Part shown: piece after piece, positions 27,774 through 39,551 of the stretch
How positions within the stretch are numbered: position 1 is the stretch's first letter
How the letters are laid out: every line of letters begins with the position of its first letter
DNA from: Candidatus Eiseniibacteriota bacterium
GTDB lineage: Bacteria > Eisenbacteria > RBG-16-71-46 > CAIMUX01 > VGJL01
Reading direction: 5' to 3'
Assembly (NCBI GenBank): GCA_963792585.1
Contig: CAWBWI010000006.1
Location: forward strand, 256,001-320,000
DNA length: 64,000 bases
The notes under the pieces: generated by a model
What the model was told of the DNA's origin: nothing
The model's database searches: none
Seen by the model: the letters and a program-made list of their open reading frames with translations, nothing else
Translations under genes and position numbers: made by a program

Positions 27774-29297
27774 TCAGTCGGATCCGGTGACGATCCGCCG
27801 GCCGTCGTAAGAGGGCCGGATCGATCCCTTCTGCTTGACGTAGTCGATCAGCAGATCGAGCCGCGTGCGGCCCGTGTCCTTTACCTCGACGTCCTTGAGG
27901 GCGAAGCCGGCGAAGTAGGAATTCGAGGAGCCCGTGTAGATCCGATCGTCCGCGATCGGCTCTCCACCCACGGTGGCTTCGATCAGTTCCCCGTTCTGCA
28001 TCATGTAGCGGATCCCCGAGACGGCGGGCGCGTGCTTGCGGAGGATCTTCTTCAACTCCTCACCCCGCAGGTTGAAGGTGACGATCGTGTTGTGGAACGG
28101 GTCGACCGTGGCCATGTCGGCGCGCGTGATGGGTCCCTGGATCAGGGGCGATCGCACTCCGCCGAGATTCTCCATCTCGATCTCGGTGCCCATCGTCTCG
28201 CGAATCGCATCGGCGACGAAGTTGTACTCGGCGCGATCCACGCCGATCCCCGCGAAATCGCCCTCCGCCGTGCCGAGAACCTCACCGTAACGAACGGCGA
28301 TCGGCTTCCAGTAGCCGTCGATGATGGCGGCCACAGCCAGATCGGGCTCGATCGACGCGGTCACGGGGATCAATCGAACCCGGTAGCGGTCCACCTTCCA
28401 GGCGCCCTGCGAGTCCTTCTCGAAGAGCAGATCCAGCCGCCCGAGTTCGCCTCCCCATTGATGCGCCTGCACGATGATGGTGCCGTTGATCTCGTCGGAC
28501 TTCAGATCCTCGGAGCGCCAGATGAATTCCCCCGAGGGAAGCCGGGAGTGCGAGTGGCCTCCGACGATCACGTCGATCCCCGGCACCTCCCCGGCCAGTC
28601 TCCTGTCCACATCCTGGCCGCAGTGGGAAATGAGGACGACGATGTCGCACTGAGGGCGAATCTCGTCGACGACCGAGCGGGCCGTCTCGATCTCGCCGCC
28701 GATCGTCACCCCCTCCTTCGCGGCCGGATAGGTCGCGGTCTCGTGGGTCACCATGCCGAAGACCCCCACGCGGACGCCGTCCACGACGCGGATCTCATAC
28801 GGTTTCGCCAGGAGCTTGCCCGTCGCGGTCTCGACCGCGTTCGCGCAGAGGATCGGGTACTTCGCCAGAGCGATCAGCTTCTTCGTTTGCGACAACGGAT
28901 TGTTGAACTCGTGATTGCCCAACGTCGCGAGGTCGTAACCCGCGGCCCCCATCGCCGCGACGTCCGCCTCGCCGTGGTACTCGGCGGAGAACGGTGTGCC
29001 GTCCGAGAAGTCTCCGGCGTCGACGAGCCAGACCGTCCCACCCTGCTGCGCGGCCTCCCGGCGGATCTGCGCGGCGAGGGTCGTCCGGCGGGCGATGCCC
29101 CCGATGTCCCGGCGCTCGCTCATCCCGGCGACGTCGGAGCCCGGCGATGCGATCGCCGGATAGCTGAACGGCTGCAGGTGACCGTGGGTGTCGTTCGTGT
29201 GGAGGATCGTCAGGGTGGCGGCCGGCGCATTCGCGAATCCGACGACAACGAGCGATAGACCGAGAATCAGCGGCAGCAGGCGGGAACGGATGTTCAT
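27774..29297 (-). CDS. Bifunctional metallophosphatase/5'-nucleotidase (UshA-like)
   Basis: HTNDTHG, DAGD, GNHEF, GGHSH, NLGGVR. Signal peptide. Confidence 0.92.
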   Translation of the reverse strand: MNIRSRLLPLILGLSLVVVGFANAPAATLTILHTNDTHGHLQPFSYPAIASPGSDVAGMSERRDIGGIARRTTLAAQIRREAAQQGGTVWLVDAGDFSDGTPFSAEYHGEADVAAMGAAGYDLATLGNHEFNNPLSQTKKLIALAKYPILCANAVETATGKLLAKPYEIRVVDGVRVGVFGMVTHETATYPAAKEGVTIGGEIETARSVVDEIRPQCDIVVLISHCGQDVDRRLAGEVPGIDVIVGGHSHSRLPSGEFIWRSEDLKSDEINGTIIVQAHQWGGELGRLDLLFEKDSQGAWKVDRYRVRLIPVTASIEPDLAVAAIIDGYWKPIAVRYGEVLGTAEGDFAGIGVDRAEYNFVADAIRETMGTEIEMENLGGVRSPLIQGPITRADMATVDPFHNTIVTFNLRGEELKKILRKHAPAVSGIRYMMQNGELIEATVGGEPIADDRIYTGSSNSYFAGFALKDVEVKDTGRTRLDLLIDYVKQKGSIRPSYDGRRIVTGSD

Positions 29298-29466
29298 GGG
29301 GAGGCTCCTTCGTTTCCGGGGTTGGACGACACGCCAGCCTAGCGGCTGCCGCGTCGGACGACAAGACGGACGCCCGGCAAGCGCCCGGGCTGCCCGTGGA
29401 TTCCGCGCAAATCCGGCCCGAACCGCCTTGATAGCGGAGGGTCGGAGGGCTTACTCTCTCTCCCCT

Positions 29467-31266
29467 ATGTGGTTTTGGGACGAGGAGCAGCCGGAGGACG
29501 AGAAGCACATCCGGCATCTGAGCGTGCGGGAGATGGGACGGCGCGCCCTCCCGTTGCTCCGGCCGCACCGCGGCCTCCTCGGTCTCGGCGTGGCCTTCCT
29601 TCTCATCTCGGTCGCCGCGGAACTCGCCGGCCCGATCGTCCTGCGACGCCTGATCGATCATGACATCGCGGCGGGCGCGCGCGCCGGGATCCTCAGGAGC
29701 GCGGCGATCTACGCAGCGCTCTTCATCATCGGCACGATCGCCGGCTACTTCCAGGTCGTGGTCCTCACCCGCATGGGACTGCGGATCGTCACATCGATCA
29801 AGAAGCAGCTCTTCGACCACCTTCTCGGCCTCTCGCTCGCCTATTTCGACAAGAACCCTCCGGGGAAGCTCCTCGCGCGCGTGGAGTCGGACAGCGAGCG
29901 GCTCCAGATGCTCTTCTCGGAGGTCTCCCTGGCCATCGCTCGCACGGGGATTCTCTTCCTGGGAACCGTTGCGGTGATGCTCGCGGCGGACTGGCGCGTC
30001 ACCTGCGCGATCGTCTCCCTCTCGGTCCCCCTCGTCGTCGGGACCGTCCTCTACTTCCGCTGGATGCGCGGCCTCTACCGGCGGGTGCGGGCGCTCTACG
30101 CGCGGATTTCGACCTACGTCACCGAGTACGTGCAGGGCGTGCCGATCCTCCAGCTCTTCGGCTACGAGGCGCGCGCCCGGGAGCGACTCGCGCGGCTCAA
30201 CCAGGATAAGCTGGTCGCGGAACGCACCTCGTCGCTCTTCGAATACGGCTTCTGGGGATTCCTGACCGCGGTCGAGGTCGGCGCCGTCATGGTGATCCTC
30301 TACCTCGGCTCCGGGAGGATCCTGGGCATCACGGTCACCGTCGGGACGCTCGTTCTCTTCATCGAGTACACGAGACGTATCTTCTGGCCCCTCGCGCAGT
30401 TCTCGGAGCAGCTCAACTTCATCCAGCGCGCGTTCGCTTCGGCCGACCGTGTCTTCTCGATCCTCGACACGCCGTCGCGGACCCCGGACCGCCCCGACGC
30501 CCTCGAACGCGTGCCCGATCGCTGGAAGGAACTGGCCTTCGAGGAGGTCTCCTTCGAGTACGACGGCGGGGCGAAGGCCCTCGACGGCGTCTCCTTCCGG
30601 ATCCGCCGCGGCGAGAAGGTCGCGGTCGTCGGACTCTCGGGCGGCGGCAAGACGACGTCACGAACATGCTGCTGCGATTCTACGAGCCGACCTCGGGGCG
30701 CATCGCGCTGGACGGGTGCGACATCCGCGACTACCGGCAGAACGCCTGGCGCGAGAAGATCGGGCTCGTGCTCCAGGAAATCCATCTCTTTCCCGGGACG
30801 GTCGAGGAGAACCTGCGAGCGCTGAACGACGGCGTGGAGCGACCGCAGCCTCGAACGGGCCGTCCGGATCGTCGGCGCCGAGGAGGTCATCGCGCGGCTT
30901 CCGAAGGGCTACGAGGAGCCGCTGTCCGAGGGCGGAGCGAACCTGTCGATGGGAGAGCGGCAGTTGCTGTCCTTCGCGCGCGCGGTCGTCCGCGACCCCG
31001 ACCTCCTGGTCCTCGACGAGGCGACCTCATCGGTGGACCCGGCGACCGAGCGGCGACTGCAGGAGTCGGTCGAGCGGATCCTCGCGGGGCGGACTTCGCT
31101 CGTCATCGCTCACCGGCTGGCCACCATCGTGAGCGCCGACCGCATCCTCGTGCTTCACAAGGGCCGACTCGTCGATGAGGGAACGCACCGGGAGCTCTAC
31201 GAGCACGGCGGGATCTACCGCGATCTCTTCGACCTCCAGTTCAAGAGCGGGACGGAGGCGTCATGA
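29467..31266 (+). CDS. ABC exporter permease/ATPase subunit 1 (frameshifts near 30657 and 30845)
   Basis: TMD, GLSGGGKTT, LSMGERQL and LDEATSSVD spread over three frames. Confidence 0.85.
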
Positions 31267-33066
31267 ACCGGCACGAACACATCGCCTGGCTCGCGGCGTT
31301 CTGGAAACCGCACCGGAAGTTCCTGGTGTTCCTCTTCTTCTTCACGATCGTCTCGAGCGCGGTCGCGATCGCTTACCCGCTCGTCTTCCGGCGGGTGATC
31401 GACGGAGTCTACCGCTCGATGGCGGCGTCCAACCCCCAGGGGGCCGAGCTGACGAAGCTCCTCGGCATCCTCGCGTTGATCGCCTTCGGCCGATTCGTCG
31501 CGGGGTTCTATCCGGCGTTCCGCGCCTGGATGAATCTGAAGCTCGAGAAGGACGTGCGCGAGAAGGTCTTCGGCTCGATGCTCGAGAAGGACTACACGTT
31601 CTTCGGCAAGTTCCGGACCGGCGACATCGTCACGCGGCTCACCGACGACATCGCCGAGTACCCGCGCATCGCGTGGTTCGGCTGCTCGGGAGTCTTCCGG
31701 TTCGTCGATTCCTCCTCGAAGTTCCTCTTCTGCGTCGGCGCGATGCTGCTCCTCGACTGGCGCCTCGCGCTGCTCTCGATGATCCCGATCCCGATCATGA
31801 TCTTCGTCGTCTATCGCGCGCAGCGCGCCCTCGCCACGACCTACAAGAAGCAGCAGGAAGCGGTTTCGCGGACGAACAGTCAGATCGAGTCCGCCTTCGC
31901 CGGGATCCGGATCGTGAAGGCGTTCAACGCCGAGGGGGGGCAGACGCTCCCGGCTCGCAGATGTCCTGGAGGAGCGGATCGGCATCCAGTTGAGGCTCGC
32001 GAAGCTCTTCGTTCTGCTCTTCTCGATGGACAACATCGCGAGCCGTCTCGGCCAGGTGGTCGTTCTCTCGCTGGGCGGGATCATGGTCATGGCCGATCGC
32101 ATGTCCCTGGGGACGCTGTATGCGTTCTACGTCTACCTCGACATGCTGATCCACCCGATGACCGATCTGCCGAATCTCTTCGTCACGGCGCGGCAGGCGT
32201 TCGTCTCGATCGACCGCGAGGAAGAGATACTGAGCACACCGGTCATCGTGCGGCGCGAAGGAACGGTGCGCGCCCGGGATGGAATCCGCGGCCTGACGCT
32301 CGATCGGGTCGGTTTCCGTTATCGAGAGGAGTTGGCGCCGGCGCTCGAGGGAGTTTCGCTCGAGATCGCCGGAGGGGAGCGGATCGCGGTGGTCGGCCCG
32401 GTCGCGAGCGGGAAATCGACGCTGCTGCGGCTCATGGCGGGCTTGCTCCCCGCACAGACCGGGCGCTACTCGGTCGACGGACGTCCGTTCGAGGAGTGGG
32501 ACTGGTCCCATCTTCGCGCCCGGATCGGCTACGTCCCCCAGGAGTCGCTCCTCTTCTCCGAGACGATCGCGGAAAACGTCGCGTTCGGGCGGCCGGCGGA
32601 AGCGGAGTGGGTCCGGCGCTGCCTCGAGATCGCGCAGATGGGCCCCGACCTCGGGGGGATGAAAGAGGGACTGGCGACCCAGCTGGGACAGCGCGGAACG
32701 CTCGTTTCGGGCGGGCAGAAGCAGCGAATCGCCATCGCGAGAGCGCTCGCGGTTCGGCCCGATGTCCTCTTCCTCGACGACTGCACCGCCTCGCTCGATG
32801 CTCAAAACGAGGACCGATTCTGGACCTCCCTCGGGGAGGAGTTCCCGAGGATCACGGTTCTCCTCGTTTCCCATCGGATCGCCACGATCCGGCGCGCCGA
32901 CCGCGTCCTGGTGCTCGATCACGGTCGGACCGTCGATCTGGGGACCCATGCGGAACTGGCGGCTCGGTGCCAGGTTTACAAGGAGTTCCTGCAGACCGAG
33001 GAGCGGAAGACGAATCTGGGCGTCGAACGGTTCGAGACGGAAACCCGGCCGGCCGCGGGCGCGTAG
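31263..33066 (+). CDS. ABC exporter permease/ATPase subunit 2 (frameshift near 31950)
   Basis: TMD, GPVASGKST, VSGGQKQR and degenerate LDDC Walker B typical of heterodimeric exporters. Confidence 0.85.
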
Positions 33067-33117
33067 GGAATCCGATTCGATCCGGGCCGAACCCACACTC
33101 ATCGTGGAGGTGAAACG

Positions 33118-33999
33118 ATGCTCAAGCCGAATCTCGCGCCCGCCCTGGCGTTTGCCATACTGCTCTCGGCTCTTCCCGCCCATGCCGATCCCCGAACCAC
33201 CGAACGGACATTCCCGGCCCTGACGGCCGGCGCCCTCTCCCTCGCCGCGAAGCACGGCGGCGAGATCCGGGTTTCCGGCTGGGACAAGCCCGAAATCCAC
33301 GTCCTTGTGACCGACAAGAAGGGCAATTACAAGGTCGACTTCGTCCCCGCGGGCGCGAACCTGGAGATCCGCGGCTCCTACGATGGTCCGAAGTTCAGGC
33401 AGATCTCCACGGAAGTCGTCTTCGAGATCCAGGTCCCCCGCACGTTCGACCTTCAGCTCTCCACCGATGGAGGAGGCATCTCGCTGCAGGCGATCGAAGG
33501 GTCGATCCAGGCTGAGACGATGGGCGGAAACTTGAAGCTCGTTGACCTCGCGGGGAGGATGGACATCCGAACGATGGGCGGCAACATCGAGACCGCGCAG
33601 TGCTCCGCGGTCGGCCCTCTGCGCACCTCCGGCGGCAACGTCGCGATCGCGAACGCCCGCGGCGGAGTCGACGTCGAGACGATGGGCGGCAACATCCGGA
33701 TCGGCACGGTCGACGGTCCGGTGAAGGCGCACACGAGCGGCGGGACGATCGAGATCCTCCTGGGGCCGGAGGCCGGGGATTGCTCGGCCACGACGAACGG
33801 CGGGGACGTCACCCTGAAGGTTCCGGAAGGTTACTCCGCGCACTTCCGCGCCCACGCGAACGGCATGCCCCGGGGCAGCGGGATCGAGTGCACGGTGCCC
33901 GGTCTCGACATGAGCGCCGGCGGAAAGCTGGGAGACGGCGCGCACCACGTCGACCTTCGCACGGACGGAGGGACGATCAGGATCGTCCCGGCGTCCTGA
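33118..33999 (+). CDS. DUF4097 beta-strand repeat protein
   Basis: Signal peptide and repeated TxGGNI units. Confidence 0.85.
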   Translation: MLKPNLAPALAFAILLSALPAHADPRTTERTFPALTAGALSLAAKHGGEIRVSGWDKPEIHVLVTDKKGNYKVDFVPAGANLEIRGSYDGPKFRQISTEVVFEIQVPRTFDLQLSTDGGGISLQAIEGSIQAETMGGNLKLVDLAGRMDIRTMGGNIETAQCSAVGPLRTSGGNVAIANARGGVDVETMGGNIRIGTVDGPVKAHTSGGTIEILLGPEAGDCSATTNGGDVTLKVPEGYSAHFRAHANGMPRGSGIECTVPGLDMSAGGKLGDGAHHVDLRTDGGTIRIVPAS

Positions 34000-34089
34000 G
34001 GAACGCGGACCACGCGGGAGGGCGATTGACGAAGCCGCCGCGGATACGGCATTCTTTTCCGTTCAACCCAACCCCAATCGGAGGACCCC

Positions 34090-34446
34090 ATGGCGAATGC
34101 GATCTGTCACTTCGAGTTCATGAGCAATGATCCGGCGCGCAGCCGGAAGTTCTATGGCAGCATCTTCGACTGGACATTCGACGACCAGGGAATGCCCGGG
34201 TACACGATGGTCAAGACGGGCGCGGATCCGGGCGGCGGGATCTTCGAGAAGCCGAAGGAGGCGCCCGCCCCCGCCCTGAATGTCTACGTCCTCGTGGAGA
34301 ACATCGAGGAGACGCTGGGCAAGGCGAAGGCCGCCGGTGGCCACGTTATCAAGGACAGGACGCCGATCCCCGAGACGGGGGCCTGGGCGATGTTCAGCGA
34401 TCCCGACGGTATCTGTGTCGGGATCTTCGAGGCGCTGAAGAAGTAA
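34090..34446 (+). CDS. VOC/glyoxalase family protein
   Basis: HFEF...FYGSIFDW, DPDG. Upstream TTGACG-N18-CATTCT at 34026-34055. Confidence 0.9.
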   Translation: MANAICHFEFMSNDPARSRKFYGSIFDWTFDDQGMPGYTMVKTGADPGGGIFEKPKEAPAPALNVYVLVENIEETLGKAKAAGGHVIKDRTPIPETGAWAMFSDPDGICVGIFEALKK

Positions 34447-34569
34447 CCGCTCCGGTTCGGACTCGCGGACGGGCCGCGATCGGCTTCGTCAGCCGATCGC
34501 AGCCCGTCCGATCCCACCGGGACCGAGCCACGGCCCTGGGGAAGTCCGTACAGGATCTCGGTCCCCTCA

Positions 34570-37500
34570 TCAGAATCCGGTCTCTGCGGCCTTGCGACGG
34601 AGTTGGAGCACCCGCGCGTCAGGATCGACAAGGACCTTCTCCGGCTCGAAGTCGCAGCGGATCGATACTTCCACCGAGTCCCCCGCGCCCAGGGTTACCG
34701 CGGAACGGGCGTCGCGGTACTCCGGCGCCGGCGTTCCGTCCTTCTGAAAGCGCTCCCCCTTCACCGCCGCGATCTCGACCGGCATCACTCCCGCGCCGAT
34801 GTTCGCGACCTTCGCCGTCACCATCCAGCCGCCGGCGGGATCCGCGACCTTCCGCGCCCCGCTGAACCGATACTCGGGTACGACCACATCGAAGAACCAC
34901 TGCTTGACGAAGTCGTCGTAGGAAACGCTGTCGGGCGCGAACGGGCGCATCGTCGCGACGAAGTCCTGCAAGACAGGGTAGTCCGGACCGTCCTTGTAGC
35001 GGCGGATGAACTCCTGCAGTCCCGCAAGGTCCTTCTCGCGGCCCATTCGATTCAGGAGCATCCAGAAGACCCACCCCCCCTTGTCGTACATGACGGTATT
35101 GTCCCCGTCGCGGGAACCATCGATTTTGACGAGCGGTCGCTCGGAGTCGACCTGCCGGTTGTCCCCGTATCGCTCTTCGATTCGCTTGCAGAATTCGATG
35201 CGCGCGCGCTCTCCCTTCACCTGATCCATGAGGAGGATCGTCGAGAAGTGGGACATGCCCTCGGAGAGAATGTTGCCACCCGGCCCTTCCCCGGGGGTGA
35301 GGATGTTGCCCCACCACTGGTGCGCCGATTCGTGCGCGGCGACCAGGAAGGCCACATTGGTCTTCGGGTCGCTCTTGGTCAGAAAGCCGATCCCCTCTGA
35401 GAAAGTGATGTTCGTCGGGAATCCCTGCGCGTAGGAAGCCAGCGCGGGGAACTCACTCAGTTTCAGCTCGTTCCAGGGGAAGGGCATGAACCACTCCCCG
35501 TAATACTTCCGCGCGGCCTCGAGCGCCTCGGTCATCTCGGCCACGTTGTAGGTGTGGGCCGGATGGTAGTAGACGGCGACCCCTTCCCCTTTCCGCTCCG
35601 CCCAGTGCCCGGCGACGACGTTGAAGAAACGAACCGGCTCGTCGCTCTCCCAGACGACGGTCCGTCGTCCGCCCGTGACCGTGTCCGAGGTCTTGGTCCC
35701 GACGGAGTTCATCGTGTACGCCTCGGGCGCGGTAATCCGCACCCGCGTGCGAAACGCCTTCCCCGTGCCGAGCGCCGGCTTCGTCAGCCCGAGATAGAAG
35801 TCCTCGGGATAGACGCGGGGCTCGTAGCGGTTCTTCTCGTCGACCCCGACCTCCTCGATGTAGCCGAGAACCGGTAGGAAGCTCGGACGGAAGCTCGTGA
35901 GCACCACCCCCGAGGGAAGGACGAACTCAGGCGCGCCCCCGCCGTTCTTGGTGATCCCGTCGGGATAGCGGCCGTGGTAGGAGAAGCCGATCCGCATGGT
36001 GTCGCCGCGCGCGAGGGGCCGCGCAGGGGTAAAGACGTAGAGGTGGGTCCGGTCCTCGGGCTTGGTCTCGGCGCCGTTGGCCGTCCAGGCGACGTCCTTC
36101 CAATGCGTCGCCCCCGTCATGGGGAACCGGGCGAGCGGAGCATCCGCCGTGTTGATCAGGGTGTACGCGCCCTGCATCTTGAACGAGCGGCGCCCCGGGT
36201 CCAGATCGAGCGAGATATCCGCCCGCTCGATCGCCGGCAGGGGGGCGTCTTTCCACGTCGCGAGGTTCTGCTTCCAGTAGTCCTTGTGCTTCTTCTCCTC
36301 GGCCTTGCCCTCGAACCCCTGCAGTACTTGCAGATGGAGCAGGACATCAGAGGACGAGCGGGACGATCGCGAACGGGACCATCCGCAGACTCCCGCGGGC
36401 GATCGACGCGCCGTTCATCCGGTGGACCGTCCGCGTCGCATCGCGATCGTGCCGAGGGAACAGGCGAACGGTCAGGGCGATGAAGAGAACGGTAAGACCG
36501 AGGGCGCCCGCGCGATTCAGCCAGAGCGCCGTGCGGTCGATCTCGAAAACCCCCATGTCGCTCCACTGGAGAACGTTCCAGAGATCCCAGTTGCCGACCC
36601 AGCTCATCTTCCCCGTCATCTGGAGGTATCCGGTGAGCGCGAGCGCGGCGAGGCCGAGACCGTAGGTCGTGTAGCGGTTGTTCGCGGCCGCGAAGAGGAA
36701 CATCACGAACGAAGTCCAGAGGAGAAACGTCGGGATCAGGAGGAGTCCCCACGGGATCGCGAACGGCGCGATCTCCACCGGGGTCCGGTGCTGGATCAGG
36801 AGGGCGATCGCGCATCCCAGGAACGTCGCCGCCACGATGGCGACGCCGACCAGGCTGTTCGCGAGGGCCTTGCCGAAGAGGATCGAGGCGGTCCGCGTGG
36901 GGGTCGCGTAGTAGATCGAGGCGACCTTCGTGTTCCGCTCGCGGCGCAGCGACTCGACGGTGTAGAAGAGGGTCAGGAGACAGATGAGGAGCGTGAGCGT
37001 GTTGAAGCAGCGAACGGCGACCGTCCCCGATGTGATCAGGACAGGGGTGTCGAATGCGCCGATGGCGACCAGCGCCGTACCAAAGGTCTGGAGCAGGATG
37101 ATCGGGATGAAGAGATAGAGGCCGGGTTGGTTGAGGAGCTCGCGCATTTCGAAGCCCACGACGTTGCCGATCCCCGCAAGCAGTCCCGGCGCGCGGGCCG
37201 TCATTCGCAGATCTCCCATGGGGACGACCGCCGGCGCGGCGGCCCGGACCTGCGCGACCGTTCGCTTCGCCGCCCGCTCGCGCGCGGGCCGCGCGCCGCG
37301 CAGCGTCCTCCCGAACGAGCGCACCCCGAGGGCCACCGAACCGAGGCCGATCGTCGCGAATATCAGTCGGCTCAGGAGAAACGGCGCGTCGTAGCCGACG
37401 TGCGCATGGTTGTAGAAGTCGACTCCGCGGTCGACCTTCAGCCACGTCTCCGACATCCACCGTACGCCGGCGGGATCGAGCAGCATCAACAGGCGGTTCA

Positions 37501-38146
37501 CGCGTGGATCCAACCAGGACGGCGTCCAGCTCCAGAGGAAGAACCCGCTGAAGAGGATGGCCGCGACCGGCAGCACGAAGACGAGGATCGGCCGTCTGGT
37601 CCGCTCGCCGATCGCGAAGGTCGTCCCGGCGATGAAGAGCATCGACGGCAATCCGAGCAGGATCGCCGGACGCAAGTAGTTGATCGGCGAGAAGGGGCCC
37701 CGGATCTCGATCGCCTTCGGATTGGGCGCGATATGGTTGAAGAAGATCGAGAAGAGCAGGTGGAGACCCAAGACGCCGAGGAACGCGGTCAGGATCGCGA
37801 GGAACTTGCCCCATAGGTATTCGGACGGCCTGAGCGGCGTTGCGTGGAGGATCTCGCCGACTCGCTGTTCCTCGTCCTGCATGACCGCCATCCCCGCGGC
37901 GACCGCGATGAAGAACGAGTAGAAGAGGAAGACCACCATCGGGATCATCTTGGCGTTCGCGAACTCCGAGGTGATCCAGGCCTTGGTGCCGCCGACCGCG
38001 CTGTTGCCCGAGGAGATCCGCATGTTGCCCGAAGAGAGGCCCCATGCCGTCAGCGCGAGCACGAGGACGAGAATCCAGATCAGCAGGCGGCCGCTGTTCG
38101 ATCGGAGGTCCTGTCGATAGACCAGACGGAGACGCGTCGCGTCCAT
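34570..38146 (-). CDS. ABC-2 permease fused to M1 aminopeptidase (frameshift near 36330)
   Basis: Two permease halves followed by AHESAHQWWG...SEG...YDKG. Confidence 0.85.
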
Positions 38147-39042
38147 CAAAGGGCTCCGGCCGGAACGGCCACACCGTTGCCGCGCATCATCACGAGGTAG
38201 GCATCTTCGAGGGTCGGTGAGACGCGTGTGAAACCGGCCGGCGCGCGTCCTCCGGGCTCGTAGATCCGCACCCGGTTCTTCCCCTCGACGAGGATCGCCT
38301 GGGTCACCCGCCGTTCGGCGCGCAGGAGGTCGAGATCGGCGCCGGTGACCTCCCCCTCGAAGATCATCCCCTCGATCGCCGCGCGCGCGCCGCCGGGCGT
38401 CGTCTGCGCGATCAGTCGTCCTTCGCGGATCACCGCGAATCGCGAGCAGAGCACCGCGACGTCCTCGACGATGTGGGTCGAGAGAAGAACGATCCTCTCC
38501 GTTGCGAGTTCCGCAAGGATGCGGTAGAGGCGCAAACGCTCCTCCGGATCGAGGCCGGCGGTCGGTTCGTCGACGATGATGACCCGGGGATTTCCCGCGA
38601 TCGCCTGCGCGACGCCCAAGCGCTGCCGCATTCCCCCCGAATACGACTTCACCTTGCGGCGGGCGGCGGAGGCGAGGTTCACCTGCTCGAGGAGCGACTG
38701 TGCGAGCTTCTTCGTCCCCACCGGAGAGGTGATCCCTTTCATCTCGAGCAAGTAGATCAGCATCTGCTCGCCGGTCAGGTGGGGATAGAAACCGAATTCC
38801 TGCGGCAGATAGCCGAGACGCGCCCAGATCCGGTCGGGGGAGGAAAGGAGGTCCTCACCGTCGAGGGTGATCGATCCCGAGGTCGCCTCGAGCAGGCCGG
38901 CGACGATTCGCATCAGCGTCGTCTTCCCCGCCCCGTTGGGACCGAGCAGACCGAGCATTCCGTTGGGAATGTCCAGGTCGATTCCCTGCAGTGCCGCCAC
39001 GGGACCGGGATAGACCTTCACGAGATCGCGGATCTGGAGCAT
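38146..39042 (-). CDS. ABC transporter ATP-binding protein
   Basis: GPNGAGKTT, YSGGMRQR, VDEPTAGLDPEER. Confidence 0.93.
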   Translation of the reverse strand: MLQIRDLVKVYPGPVAALQGIDLDIPNGMLGLLGPNGAGKTTLMRIVAGLLEATSGSITLDGEDLLSSPDRIWARLGYLPQEFGFYPHLTGEQMLIYLLEMKGITSPVGTKKLAQSLLEQVNLASAARRKVKSYSGGMRQRLGVAQAIAGNPRVIIVDEPTAGLDPEERLRLYRILAELATERIVLLSTHIVEDVAVLCSRFAVIREGRLIAQTTPGGARAAIEGMIFEGEVTGADLDLLRAERRVTQAILVEGKNRVRIYEPGGRAPAGFTRVSPTLEDAYLVMMRGNGVAVPAGAL

Positions 39043-39193
39043 TCGAACCTCCTCGGGCCGCTGCCGCGACCGTCTGCAATCCTACGTATCGGCGGGGCGA
39101 ACTGTTTCGGGCTTTCCGGGGAGACGCGCGTTGACGGCCGGCCCGGCGATCTTCGCTTCGTCCCCAACGGCCGGGGCGCGCCGGGTCATCGGG

Positions 39194-39493
39194 TTATCGG
39201 CCGCGCACGATCGGTCCGACGAGCGCCGGGATCTCGTAGCGCCGGATTTCGGGTTCGCCGAGAGCGGTCCGCGATCCGGCGAACAGGTCGGATGCAAGGA
39301 AGCACTCCGCGTCTCCCGCGGTTTCCCAGATGTAGAAACCCCCGAATCGACGCGTCGCCTCATCCATGAGGAAGGCCTTGGCTACGAGACCGGGCAGATC
39401 CGCGTAGAGGCCCTTTCGCTCCTCGACGCGGTGGCGGAGCGTCGCCGCGTCGAAGCGATCCCCGAGCGACCAAACGTACTCGAGCGCATGCAT
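39194..39493 (-). CDS. YdhR-family putative monooxygenase
   Basis: PGLVAKAF...GGFYIWET. AAGGA SD. Confidence 0.75.
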   Translation of the reverse strand: MHALEYVWSLGDRFDAATLRHRVEERKGLYADLPGLVAKAFLMDEATRRFGGFYIWETAGDAECFLASDLFAGSRTALGEPEIRRYEIPALVGPIVRGR

Positions 39494-39551
39494 GGCTTGG
39501 TCCTTTCCGGCCGGGTCGGCGCGCCTACGATAGCGCAGCCGCCTCCGGCGA

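Noticed and set aside
33470..33810. Repeated ACGATGGGCGGCAAC units
   Set aside because: Protein-level DUF4097 repeats, not a CRISPR or DNA repeat array.
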